Source: Deltaproteobacteria bacterium RBG_13_61_14
GTDB taxonomy: Bacteria; RBG-13-61-14
Assembly (NCBI GenBank): GCA_001797815.1
Contig: MGQK01000125.1
Span: forward strand, 82,442-131,572
Length of the DNA: 49,131 nucleotides
Direction of reading: 5' to 3'
Position numbers and translations under genes: made by a program. Below the pieces are notes generated by a model, which ran no database searches, had not been told where the DNA came from, and saw nothing but the letters and a program-made list of their open reading frames with translations. Every line of letters starts with the position of its first letter. Position 1 is the stretch's first letter. This document shows, piece after piece, positions 1-7,334 of the stretch.

Positions 1-1
1 T

Positions 2-505
2 ATCTACCAGGCGCTGGAGGAGTGCGCGCCGCTGCTCCAGGGCTTCGGCGGCCATGCCCAGGCCGCGGGGCTGGTGATCGCCGAGGACAAGTTGCCCGCC
101 TTCCGCGAGCAGTTTGAGGAAGCAGTGGCGAAGCGGACCGCGGCGGAGGACTTCGCGCGGAAGCTAGTGTTGGATGCGGAATGGCCCCTGCACAAGCTCG
201 ACCGGGGTTTGGTGGACGACCTCTTCCGCCTGGAGCCGCATGGGATGGGCAACCCCGAGCCGGTGTTGGCGGCGCGGGGGGTGGTGGTGGCGCAGGCCCG
301 GGTGGTCAAGGACAAGCACCTGTTCCTGGTGCTCCAGGAGGGCGGGAAGAATATCGAGGGCTGGGCCTTTGGCCAGGCGGAGGACCCGCCGGAGCCGGGC
401 GACCTGGTGGACGTGGCCTATACGCCGGAACTCCACCGCCACCGCGACCGGGAATACATCCGCGTCCGCATCAAGGACTATCACCTGGTGCATGATCGAA
501 GATAG
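2..505 (+). CDS. recJ: RecJ single-stranded-DNA-specific exonuclease, C-terminal fragment (5' end lies outside the window)
   Basis: The frame is open from the window edge (IYQALEECAPLLQGFGGHAQAAG...). The GGHxxAAG motif and the C-terminal region with LEPHGMGNPEPV are typical of RecJ. Confidence 0.8.
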   Translation: MYQALEECAPLLQGFGGHAQAAGLVIAEDKLPAFREQFEEAVAKRTAAEDFARKLVLDAEWPLHKLDRGLVDDLFRLEPHGMGNPEPVLAARGVVVAQARVVKDKHLFLVLQEGGKNIEGWAFGQAEDPPEPGDLVDVAYTPELHRHRDREYIRVRIKDYHLVHDRR

Positions 506-572
506 CACTCAGGTCACTTAACCCTGGGGAGGCCTTCTCGTGTGGGCTTCGTGGCTTCATGATCTCAGAGAT

Positions 573-729
573 GGTTCCTGGTTCCTGGTTTCTGGTTACT
601 GGTTCACAGTTCTGAGGATTGGCTTTGGGCTTAAAGGTTCGCGGCCGGGGTCAGCCGCTTCCCTAAAATCAACCAACTGGTGTTCAAAACCAGCAACCGG
701 GAACCAGAAACCAGGAACCAGGAACCGAG
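573..729. repeat. Two inverted arrays of 7-nt tandem repeats (GGTTNCN x5 at 573-607; AACCNNN x6 at 688-729) flanking an 80-bp spacer
   Basis: Read directly: ggttcct ggttcct ggtttct ggttact ggttcac versus aaccagc aaccggg aaccaga aaccagg aaccagg aaccgag. Positions 573-597 are the perfect reverse complement of 702-726 (25 nt). The right arm abuts the SD/ATG of the next gene. Confidence 0.9.
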
Positions 730-737
730 GAGTAATA

Positions 738-1826
738 ATGACCGGGAAAGAGAGGATGTTGACGGCGTTGGCCCGGGGCGTGCCGGACCGGGTGCCGGTG
801 TGGGAACTGGCGTTCAACGAGGAGAGCATCATCAAGCTGGCGGCCCATTACCTGGACGCGGCCCAACTGCCCGAGCCCAAGAACGTCCACGACATGACCG
901 ACGCCGAGGTGCTCCAACTGGTGAACGCCTTTCGGGTGATGGGGACCGCGCTCGACCTGGACGGCATCACCGCTACCAACTCCGCGCCCATGACCCGGGT
1001 GGACGCGGACCATTTCCGCGACGGCTTCGGCGTGATCCATCACGCCAGCGCCTTTGGCGAGCCTTACCCGGTGCAGGGGCCGATCTCGGGGCCGCAGGAT
1101 TTGAAAAAATTCCAGATGCGCCCGCCCGCGGACCTCGACTTCATCATGATTGATTTGATGCGCGCCAATTCCCCGGAGGGGGCGATCGCCTACATCTTGA
1201 ACGGGCCTTTCTTCCTGAGCCGGTGCCTGCGCGGCTCGCTCGAAAACCTGCTCATGGATTATATTTTGCAGCCGGGCCTGGCCAAGGATCTGGCCCGGAT
1301 GACCACCGATTACAACCTGGCCTGCCTGGAGATCATCGCGAAAAAAGGCGCGCACTTCGTGGTCAACGACTGCGACCTGGCCTGGAACCAGGCGCCGATG
1401 ATGAGCCCGGCCCAGTATGAGGAATTTCTGCATCCCTATCACCAAGAGATCGTGAAGCGCGCGCATGAGCTGGGCCTGAAGATGGTCAAGCACTCGGACG
1501 GCAAGCTCCGGTTCCTGATCCCGTATTTTATCGAGGAGGGCTTTGACGGGTTGCACCCGATCCAGCCGCAGTGCCTGGATATCGGCGAGATCAAGAGAGA
1601 GTTCGGGGACCGGCTCTGCATCATGGGCAACATTGACTGCAGCTACCTCTTGGTCTTCGGCGCGCCGGAGGAAGTCCGCCAATCGGTGCAGGAGACCATC
1701 GCCAAGGCCGCGGCGGGCGGCGGCTATATCCTCAGTTCCTCCAATACCATCCACCCCGGAGTCAATCCGGAAAACTACATCGCCCTGGTCCAGGCGGCCC
1801 GGGAATTCGGCAACTACCCGGTTTAA
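738..1826 (+). CDS. Uroporphyrinogen decarboxylase (URO-D) family protein, the MtaA/CmuA-like type often found in sugar or methyl-transfer clusters
   Basis: The start was chosen at ATG 738 (MTGKERMLTAL...), preceded by GAGGAG at 726-731. The longer ORF from 540 would translate the heptamer repeats. The overall sequence pattern (VPVWE..., ...MGNIDC..., GGGYILSSSNTIHPGV) fits URO-D family proteins. Confidence 0.8.
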   Translation: MTGKERMLTALARGVPDRVPVWELAFNEESIIKLAAHYLDAAQLPEPKNVHDMTDAEVLQLVNAFRVMGTALDLDGITATNSAPMTRVDADHFRDGFGVIHHASAFGEPYPVQGPISGPQDLKKFQMRPPADLDFIMIDLMRANSPEGAIAYILNGPFFLSRCLRGSLENLLMDYILQPGLAKDLARMTTDYNLACLEIIAKKGAHFVVNDCDLAWNQAPMMSPAQYEEFLHPYHQEIVKRAHELGLKMVKHSDGKLRFLIPYFIEEGFDGLHPIQPQCLDIGEIKREFGDRLCIMGNIDCSYLLVFGAPEEVRQSVQETIAKAAAGGGYILSSSNTIHPGVNPENYIALVQAAREFGNYPV

Positions 1827-1947
1827 GACCTCGCGCGGAAGGCTTGCCTTCGCCGGCTTGCGCCGCGAGCAGGGTTATGCTATTTCTCCCCTCGGATGAT
1901 CGGCGCTCTTCCCGGGAAGACCTTTCTTGGCGAACAGGAGGTAACCG

Positions 1948-3516
1948 ATGGCGGCGAAGATGACCGTGGGCGTGTTCTCGCCCAATGATCCCCGTCCCTG
2001 GGTGCGGCGGGAAAACCTGGACCTGATGCTGGCGCACGAGAAGAGCCTGATCCAGGTCTTGCGCCGAAACGGGATCCGGGTCGTGCGCGGCGGCGACGGC
2101 TTCGCCCGGGAAGACCAGATCGCCTGGAACACCCGGCTGGTCCAGGCCCAGGTCAAAAAGATCGCGGCGAAAAAGCCTTCAGCCCTGATCGTCAACCAGG
2201 GCTCCTGGACCTTCCCCTACGACTCGGTGGACGCGGTCCGCTACTTCATGGCCGAGACCGGCGACCTCGCCCGGGTGGTCATGTTCAGCTACAAGGACAC
2301 CCAGGTGCCGGGCCTGGTCGCGGGCATGGCCGCAGCCGGCGGGCTGAAAAGGATCGGCGTCCCCTTCCAACTGATCTACGGCATCATTGACCGCGACCCC
2401 AAAACCGAGAAGAACCTTTTGCAGGTGCTCGAATTCTTCCAGCGCCGCGCCCAAGCCGCGGCCGGCGTCAGGCGCGTCCTCGCCGCCCTGGCCCGGCAAA
2501 AGTTTTTGGCCTTCGGCGGCATGAGCCTGAAGATGCCCACCACCACCGCGGACGTGGACCAGTGGCAGAAGGTGTTCGGCATCACCTACCAGGCGCTCGA
2601 CCAGTCGGTGCTGATGGACCGGGCGCTGCGCATGATCCGCTTCACCGGCGCGCCCGGCGAGAGCGAGTATGTGATCAAGGACAAGCGCCTGCGGGCCGCG
2701 CTCCACTTCCTGATCAACGGCAGACACGGCCGGTTCGACTTCTCCCGGCCCAAGCTCCAGAGCGTGCACAAGTTCGTGCTCCAGCTCGCCCTCTACTACG
2801 CGGCTCTGGACGTGTGCGAGGAAGAAGGCGCGACCTTCACCGGGATCAAGTGCCAGGATGAATTGAGCGCCCGCTACTGCACCGCCTGCCTGGCCACCGC
2901 TTTCCTCAACAACGACGTCGGCCCCGAGGGCAAGCGCAAGAAGATCATCCCCACCGCCTGCGAGTGCGACATGGACTCGGCCCTCTCCCAGCTCATCCTC
3001 TCCCTGCTCAGCGGCGCGCCGGCCGGCTTCGGCGACTTCCGCGACGTGGAAAAGGGCCGGCTCGCCATTGTCAACTGCGGTCAGCATCCGCCCTACTTTT
3101 TCGGCAAGCCCGGCGAAAGCGGGAAGAAGAAACTCGACCGGGTGGAATACCTGGGCCAGGAGATTTTCTACGATGCCGGCGGCGCCGCGGTGCGCGGCCG
3201 CACCCCCGGCGGCGAGATTATGACCGTGGCGCGGCTCGGCCGGGAGAACTTGAAATACCAGCTGGTGGCCACGATCATCCGGACCGAGCCGGTGAAAAAG
3301 AAAGAGCACGAGCGCTACAACCCCTCCTGGCCCATCATCAAGGGCCGGCTCTTCATCCCCGACCAGACCCTGATCAAAATCTGGCCCTGCAACCACCTCG
3401 GCTTCGCCTACGGCGATTGGACCCCCCACCTGGCCGAGCTCGCCCACCGCCTCGACATCGGCCACCTGATCTTTGATCAGCACGGCCGCGAGCATTACAA
3501 GCCCGTTTTCCAGTGA
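1948..3516 (+). CDS. L-fucose/L-arabinose isomerase family protein (FucI-like sugar isomerase)
   Basis: 522-aa ORF with an AGGAGG SD at 1937-1942. It has an N-terminal Rossmann-like part (VGVFSPNDPRPW...) and a C-terminal CECDMDSALSQLILSLLSG..FGDFRDV pattern typical of the fucose-isomerase fold family. Confidence 0.7.
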   Translation: MAAKMTVGVFSPNDPRPWVRRENLDLMLAHEKSLIQVLRRNGIRVVRGGDGFAREDQIAWNTRLVQAQVKKIAAKKPSALIVNQGSWTFPYDSVDAVRYFMAETGDLARVVMFSYKDTQVPGLVAGMAAAGGLKRIGVPFQLIYGIIDRDPKTEKNLLQVLEFFQRRAQAAAGVRRVLAALARQKFLAFGGMSLKMPTTTADVDQWQKVFGITYQALDQSVLMDRALRMIRFTGAPGESEYVIKDKRLRAALHFLINGRHGRFDFSRPKLQSVHKFVLQLALYYAALDVCEEEGATFTGIKCQDELSARYCTACLATAFLNNDVGPEGKRKKIIPTACECDMDSALSQLILSLLSGAPAGFGDFRDVEKGRLAIVNCGQHPPYFFGKPGESGKKKLDRVEYLGQEIFYDAGGAAVRGRTPGGEIMTVARLGRENLKYQLVATIIRTEPVKKKEHERYNPSWPIIKGRLFIPDQTLIKIWPCNHLGFAYGDWTPHLAELAHRLDIGHLIFDQHGREHYKPVFQ

Positions 3517-3529
3517 GAAGGAGATCATC

Positions 3530-4651
3530 ATGATCACGATTCCGGCGCTTCGGGTGAAACAGTTTCGGATGGAGTTTTACCAGGCCGCGTTTTCGTCCGC
3601 GGACGTCTCCCGGCTGGTGGAGTTCGTGGTGCTGGGCTCAGGCGCCGGGCCCAAGCGGCGCCGCGGTCGCAGGAAGGCGCGGCCGCGGGTGCGCTGGGAC
3701 CTGCTGGAGTCGCTGGTCAAGACCGGCGACACCGCCTACCAGCGGCCGCTGATCCGCAAGAAGCTCGAGGGCCTGGTCGAATACTACCGCGAGTGCGCGG
3801 AAGAGGAGCGGGTGCCGCTGCCGGCCATTCCCGGCGCGGTGATCCTGGTCTCCCAAGAGAAGCTCGAATTCTCCCCCTCCGGCCGCAACCCCAACCTCGG
3901 CCTGCTCCAGATCCCGGAGCGGCCCGGCCTGCTCCACGCCCTCGACGGCCAGCACCGGCTGGTGGCGCTCCAGACCGGCGACCTGCCCGAATCCGCCGGC
4001 GCGCTCCAGGTCCCTGCGGTGATCTTCGACAGCCTGGAGCCGGCCCAGGAAGTGGAGATGTTCGCCACCATCAATTGCAAGCAGACCAAGCTCAACCCCT
4101 CGCTCCTGGTCAGCCTCTCCGGCCGGCGGCTCTATGCCGATCCCCGCGAGGTGCTGGCCCACGAGCTGGCGCGCAAGCTCAACGAGGAGAGTGACTCGCC
4201 GCTCTTGGGCGAGATCAAGATGCTGGGCGTGGGCAAAGGCCGCGTGCCCCAGTCCTCCTTCACTCGCGCGGTCATGGAGTTCCTGGGCCAGGACCCGCCG
4301 CCGATCAAGGACAGCGAGCAAGCCCAGCAGTTCCTGGTCAAATACTTCAAGCAACTGGGCCGGGCCTTCCCCGACGCCTGGGCCGGACGCAAATACAGCA
4401 TCAAAAGCCCGATCGCGCTCCGCGCCTTCCTCCTCGCCGCGACTGCGGTCATCGCCCGCATCAAAGAAGAGCGCGGCGACCTCACCGACGCCCTGGTCAT
4501 CCGCAAGGCCATCGAGCCTTGGACCACCAAGATCACCTCCGACCGCTTCTGGACCGAGGGCGAGTGGCAGCGCAAGCTGGCCCAGAGCGCCCGCCGCTCG
4601 GCCGAAATCCTGGCGCGGGAGCTGAAAGAGGCCTTGGAAAGCGGGGAGTGA
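3530..4651 (+). CDS. DGQHR domain-containing protein (DndB-like, ParB/Srx-fold family), orphan
   Basis: ATG 3530 follows an AAGGAG SD and lies 14 nt after the FucI-like stop. It carries the literal motif LHALDGQHRLVAL followed by FATINCKQTKLNPSL, plus an Arg-rich patch GPKRRRGRRKARPR near the N-terminus. Confidence 0.8.
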   Translation: MITIPALRVKQFRMEFYQAAFSSADVSRLVEFVVLGSGAGPKRRRGRRKARPRVRWDLLESLVKTGDTAYQRPLIRKKLEGLVEYYRECAEEERVPLPAIPGAVILVSQEKLEFSPSGRNPNLGLLQIPERPGLLHALDGQHRLVALQTGDLPESAGALQVPAVIFDSLEPAQEVEMFATINCKQTKLNPSLLVSLSGRRLYADPREVLAHELARKLNEESDSPLLGEIKMLGVGKGRVPQSSFTRAVMEFLGQDPPPIKDSEQAQQFLVKYFKQLGRAFPDAWAGRKYSIKSPIALRAFLLAATAVIARIKEERGDLTDALVIRKAIEPWTTKITSDRFWTEGEWQRKLAQSARRSAEILARELKEALESGE

Positions 4652-4655
4652 AAAA

Positions 4656-4683
4656 AAATTGTGAATTGTCAGGACCTGACCCC
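4656..4683 (+). repeat. Left copy of a perfect 28-bp direct repeat (aaattgtgaattgtcaggacctgacccc) bounding AT-rich islet 1
   Basis: Identical 28-mer at 4656-4683 and 5710-5737. It contains the near-palindrome gtcagg-a-cctgac and starts 5 nt after the DGQHR stop codon. Confidence 0.95.
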
Positions 4684-5709
4684 AATACACCTTTTACCAG
4701 GTAAGGAGGTAACTATGAATAATAAAGCTATATCCCTTATGCTAGTGCTATTATTATTACTTATTTCCGACTGTCAACTGTTAAAAAAACCAGAAAAATA
4801 CGATTTGCCATCTGAAGAAGAATTAATGAAAAACGAATGGTTTGTGCTCCCGGGGAACTTTTATTCATGCTTCGATCCATTACTATTATGGCATTTTCTT
4901 ACAGATCAAACCGTGCATTGTTCTTATTCAGAAGTATTATATAAAAATATTAACGGCAAATTAGAAAAATGGGTTACTTTGAGAACAATTGTTGATCAAG
5001 AAAAAGTACATTATGCACCTGAGTTATTGTGGACTGATAATGATTACCTATATATTGGTACATTCACTAGAGTAATTGACGCGGAAGATATGGATGATAA
5101 AAGAGTTGAAATTACAATATATAAGGTAAATCTGAAAAAGAAAGAATTAAAAGATAAAAGGAGATTTAAATGTTTAAGCACTGATTATGCACGGCATAAT
5201 GATCAATTTTACAGGACATATAGTTTAATAGATAGAAATTATATCATATATATTTTTCCACAATATTTAATGAGAGAAGGCATAAATGTTGTAAGCATTA
5301 AAGCGGATTTATCTGAAAAGATTAATTGTTGTTTTATAGATAAGAGCTTTGAAAATCTTGATAGAAACACCCCTCTACGTTACAGAATAGAAAATAATTA
5401 TCTTTATTTCAGATGGAAAAATGAGGAGGGGAAATTATTTAAAGAAAGTGTTTATTTGGACGACTTAGAACAAGGAAAATGTTCAGTCAGATAAAAAATC
5501 TATATTAGTTCGGGGGAAAGTATACTTAAAGGTCGTTTGAGATAACCTATGCAATCAAGCCAGGAAAGCTACTGATGAGCGTGGACAGGGAAGCAAGATG
5601 AAGATTCGAAGATTAAGCGCGGTGATAGGAATAGCCGTGGCGATGCTCTTATCGACGGGCAGGAGCGCGGAAGAGCCGGAAAGGCCGTCACCCTCGGCCT
5701 CAGAAAAAG
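4684..5709. other. AT-rich islet 1 (foreign-looking insertion between the two 28-bp direct repeats)
   Basis: There is an abrupt drop from G+C-rich flanks to visibly AT-rich sequence. It contains one ORF with AT-rich codon usage and no recombinase. Confidence 0.7.
4715..5494 (+). CDS. Hypothetical exported or lipoprotein-like protein (no recognisable family)
   Basis: ATG 4715 follows a strong SD AAGGAGG (4703-4709). The N-terminus MNNKAISLMLVLLLLLISDC looks like a signal or lipoprotein anchor. The rest is Asn/Lys/Tyr-rich with no motif I recognise. Confidence 0.6.
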   Translation: MNNKAISLMLVLLLLLISDCQLLKKPEKYDLPSEEELMKNEWFVLPGNFYSCFDPLLLWHFLTDQTVHCSYSEVLYKNINGKLEKWVTLRTIVDQEKVHYAPELLWTDNDYLYIGTFTRVIDAEDMDDKRVEITIYKVNLKKKELKDKRRFKCLSTDYARHNDQFYRTYSLIDRNYIIYIFPQYLMREGINVVSIKADLSEKINCCFIDKSFENLDRNTPLRYRIENNYLYFRWKNEEGKLFKESVYLDDLEQGKCSVR

Positions 5710-5737
5710 AAATTGTGAATTGTCAGGACCTGACCCC
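5710..5737 (+). repeat. Right copy of the 28-bp direct repeat; it supplies the last codons and stop of the minus-strand cyclophilin-like gene
   Basis: Identical to 4656-4683. On the minus strand it reads ...LELGVRS-stop (stop at 5723-5725). Confidence 0.95.
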
Positions 5738-6106
5738 TAATTCAAGCCGGATAGCGGCGCCGGACTTCACCTGCCCGAAGAGCTTGGCGTCGCCCTTCAC
5801 CTTGCCCAAGATGTTGACCGCGCTCGCGGCCCGGGGCTTTTGCCCCAGGCTGGCCGGGGTGCGGCCGAAGAAAATGCAAAAGGCCGGCCCTTCCGGCCAG
5901 TAGCCGATCTCGCCCACTTCCACGTCCGCGCGCGCGTCCGCCTCCAGACCGGCTTGCACCGGAATCGAGAAATACACCTCTTCGCCCCAGCGCTGGGCCC
6001 TACTCTCGATCGGGAGCGCGGCCAAAACTGCGCGCGCCGTCCGGCTCTCATTCAACTCGGCCAGGGCCGAAACTTTCCCGGCAATGATCTTGATCCGACT
6101 GGGCAT
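5723..6106 (-). CDS. Cyclophilin-like fold protein (TM1367/DUF3830-like)
   Basis: The start is at ATG 6106 (MPSRIKIIAGK...), 7 nt after a GGAGGA SD. The motif EIGYWPEGPAFCIFFG is typical of the cyclophilin-like small-protein family. Confidence 0.7.
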   Translation of the reverse strand: MPSRIKIIAGKVSALAELNESRTARAVLAALPIESRAQRWGEEVYFSIPVQAGLEADARADVEVGEIGYWPEGPAFCIFFGRTPASLGQKPRAASAVNILGKVKGDAKLFGQVKSGAAIRLELGVRS

Positions 6107-6223
6107 GGCGGTTTCCTCCCGCCTGGACATCATAGCACATCTATTTGCCTTTGGAACTTGACTTCGGTCCTCCCAAGCGCCGCTGAATTACTGAACACCC
6201 TCTCCTGGCCAACTTGAGAGATT

Positions 6224-6766
6224 CTATTTTTTGGATGCCTGCGCGAGCTTGGAAAAAAGCTCGCCCGCGCTGATGGTGTCCTGGCCTTCCAGGTAACCCT
6301 TGGCCAGGAGGTAATACGACATCGCCCCGGCCCGGTTGGTCTGGTCCTGGTTGGGCTTGCCCGGCTTGACCACTCCCGGCACCCCGGCCACAAAACTATT
6401 CGCCGGCACTTGCTCGCCCGCCTTCACCACCGCGCCCGCGGCCACGATCGCGCCTTTGCCCACGGTCGCGCCGTCCAAAACCACCGAGTTGATCCCGATG
6501 ATACAATCGTCTTCCACCGTGCACCCGTGCAAGACCGCCCCGTGCCCCACGGTCACGTAGCTCCCCACCTTTACCGGCCGGCCCGGCGCCGCGTGCAGCA
6601 CGCAGCCGTCCTGGATCGAAGTGTATTCCCCGACGCTGATCGAATCGAAATCGCCCCGCAAGGCCGAGTGCGGCCACAGGCTCGAACCCTTGCCCACGCT
6701 CACGTTCCCGGTCTGCACCGCGCTCGGGTGCACAAACACGCTGGCGTCAATCTTCCGCTCGCTCAT
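6224..6766 (-). CDS. Gamma-class carbonic anhydrase-like / hexapeptide-repeat transferase family protein (YrdA/PaaY-like)
   Basis: The start is at ATG 6766 (MSERKIDASVFVHPSA...) with a GAGGAGGA SD. It has left-handed beta-helix hexapeptide repeats and an HGCTVEDDCIIG pattern. Confidence 0.85.
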   Translation of the reverse strand: MSERKIDASVFVHPSAVQTGNVSVGKGSSLWPHSALRGDFDSISVGEYTSIQDGCVLHAAPGRPVKVGSYVTVGHGAVLHGCTVEDDCIIGINSVVLDGATVGKGAIVAAGAVVKAGEQVPANSFVAGVPGVVKPGKPNQDQTNRAGAMSYYLLAKGYLEGQDTISAGELFSKLAQASKK

Positions 6767-6818
6767 GCTCTCCTCCTCGAAATATCTGGAGTGGTGCGGG
6801 TGCCCCCACCCGCAAACC

Positions 6819-7238
6819 TTATTCTCCAACTATCTGCACCACAACCTCCCGCTCCCGCGAGCGGTTGTCATGGTCCATGAGCACGATCTGCTGCCAGGCG
6901 CCCAAGAGCAGCCGGCCCTCGGCAAAGGGCACGCTGAACCCGGCCCCGGTCAGCGCGGCCCGGACGTGGGAAAAACCGTTGCCGTCGCCCCACCTCGCGT
7001 TGTGAGCGTAATCCCGGTCCTGCGGCGCCAGCTGCTCCAGCGCCCGCTGGAGGTCGCTGACCGCCCCGCTTTCGAACTCGATGGTGGTGATGCCGGCCGT
7101 GGACCCGGATACAAATACGAGGGCGATCCCCGCAGCCAGGCCCGAACCCGATATGGCTTTTGCAACCCGGGGCGTGATGTCCACAACGTCGGAAAAGCCC
7201 TTGGTCTTGACCTTGAACCGATCGGTTACAACTCCCAT
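6819..7238 (-). CDS. yjbQ: YjbQ/UPF0047 family protein (secondary thiamine-phosphate synthase-like)
   Basis: 139 aa. The patterns ...VDITPRV...VFVSGSTAGITTIEFESG... and ...NARWGDGNGFSHVRAAL... are characteristic of UPF0047. Confidence 0.85.
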   Translation of the reverse strand: MGVVTDRFKVKTKGFSDVVDITPRVAKAISGSGLAAGIALVFVSGSTAGITTIEFESGAVSDLQRALEQLAPQDRDYAHNARWGDGNGFSHVRAALTGAGFSVPFAEGRLLLGAWQQIVLMDHDNRSREREVVVQIVGE

Positions 7239-7334
7239 TTTTTATTATCCTCCCGATCTCGGCCAGGCCTGGAATAGTCCGCTTCTCCACTCTGACCAGG
7301 ATGATGCGCCGAGAGGCCCGAAGAAACTATTTGG

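Noticed and set aside
540-737. N-terminal extensions suggested by the ORF track. Examples: 540-737 for the URO-D-like gene, 20065-20160 for lpxK, 44428-44610 for ruvX, 45904-46067 for queE, 46511-46801 for CYTH, 36590-36694 for the ACAD and 41966-42019 for rlmE.
   Set aside because: The extensions overlap upstream genes or translate repeats, and they lack family-typical residues. Internal ATGs with SD sequences give canonical N-termini.
5572-5579. Hammerhead-ribozyme-like CUGAUGAG box
   Set aside because: There is no adjacent stem II, GAAA box or complementary stems I and III. It is a chance occurrence of an 8-mer.
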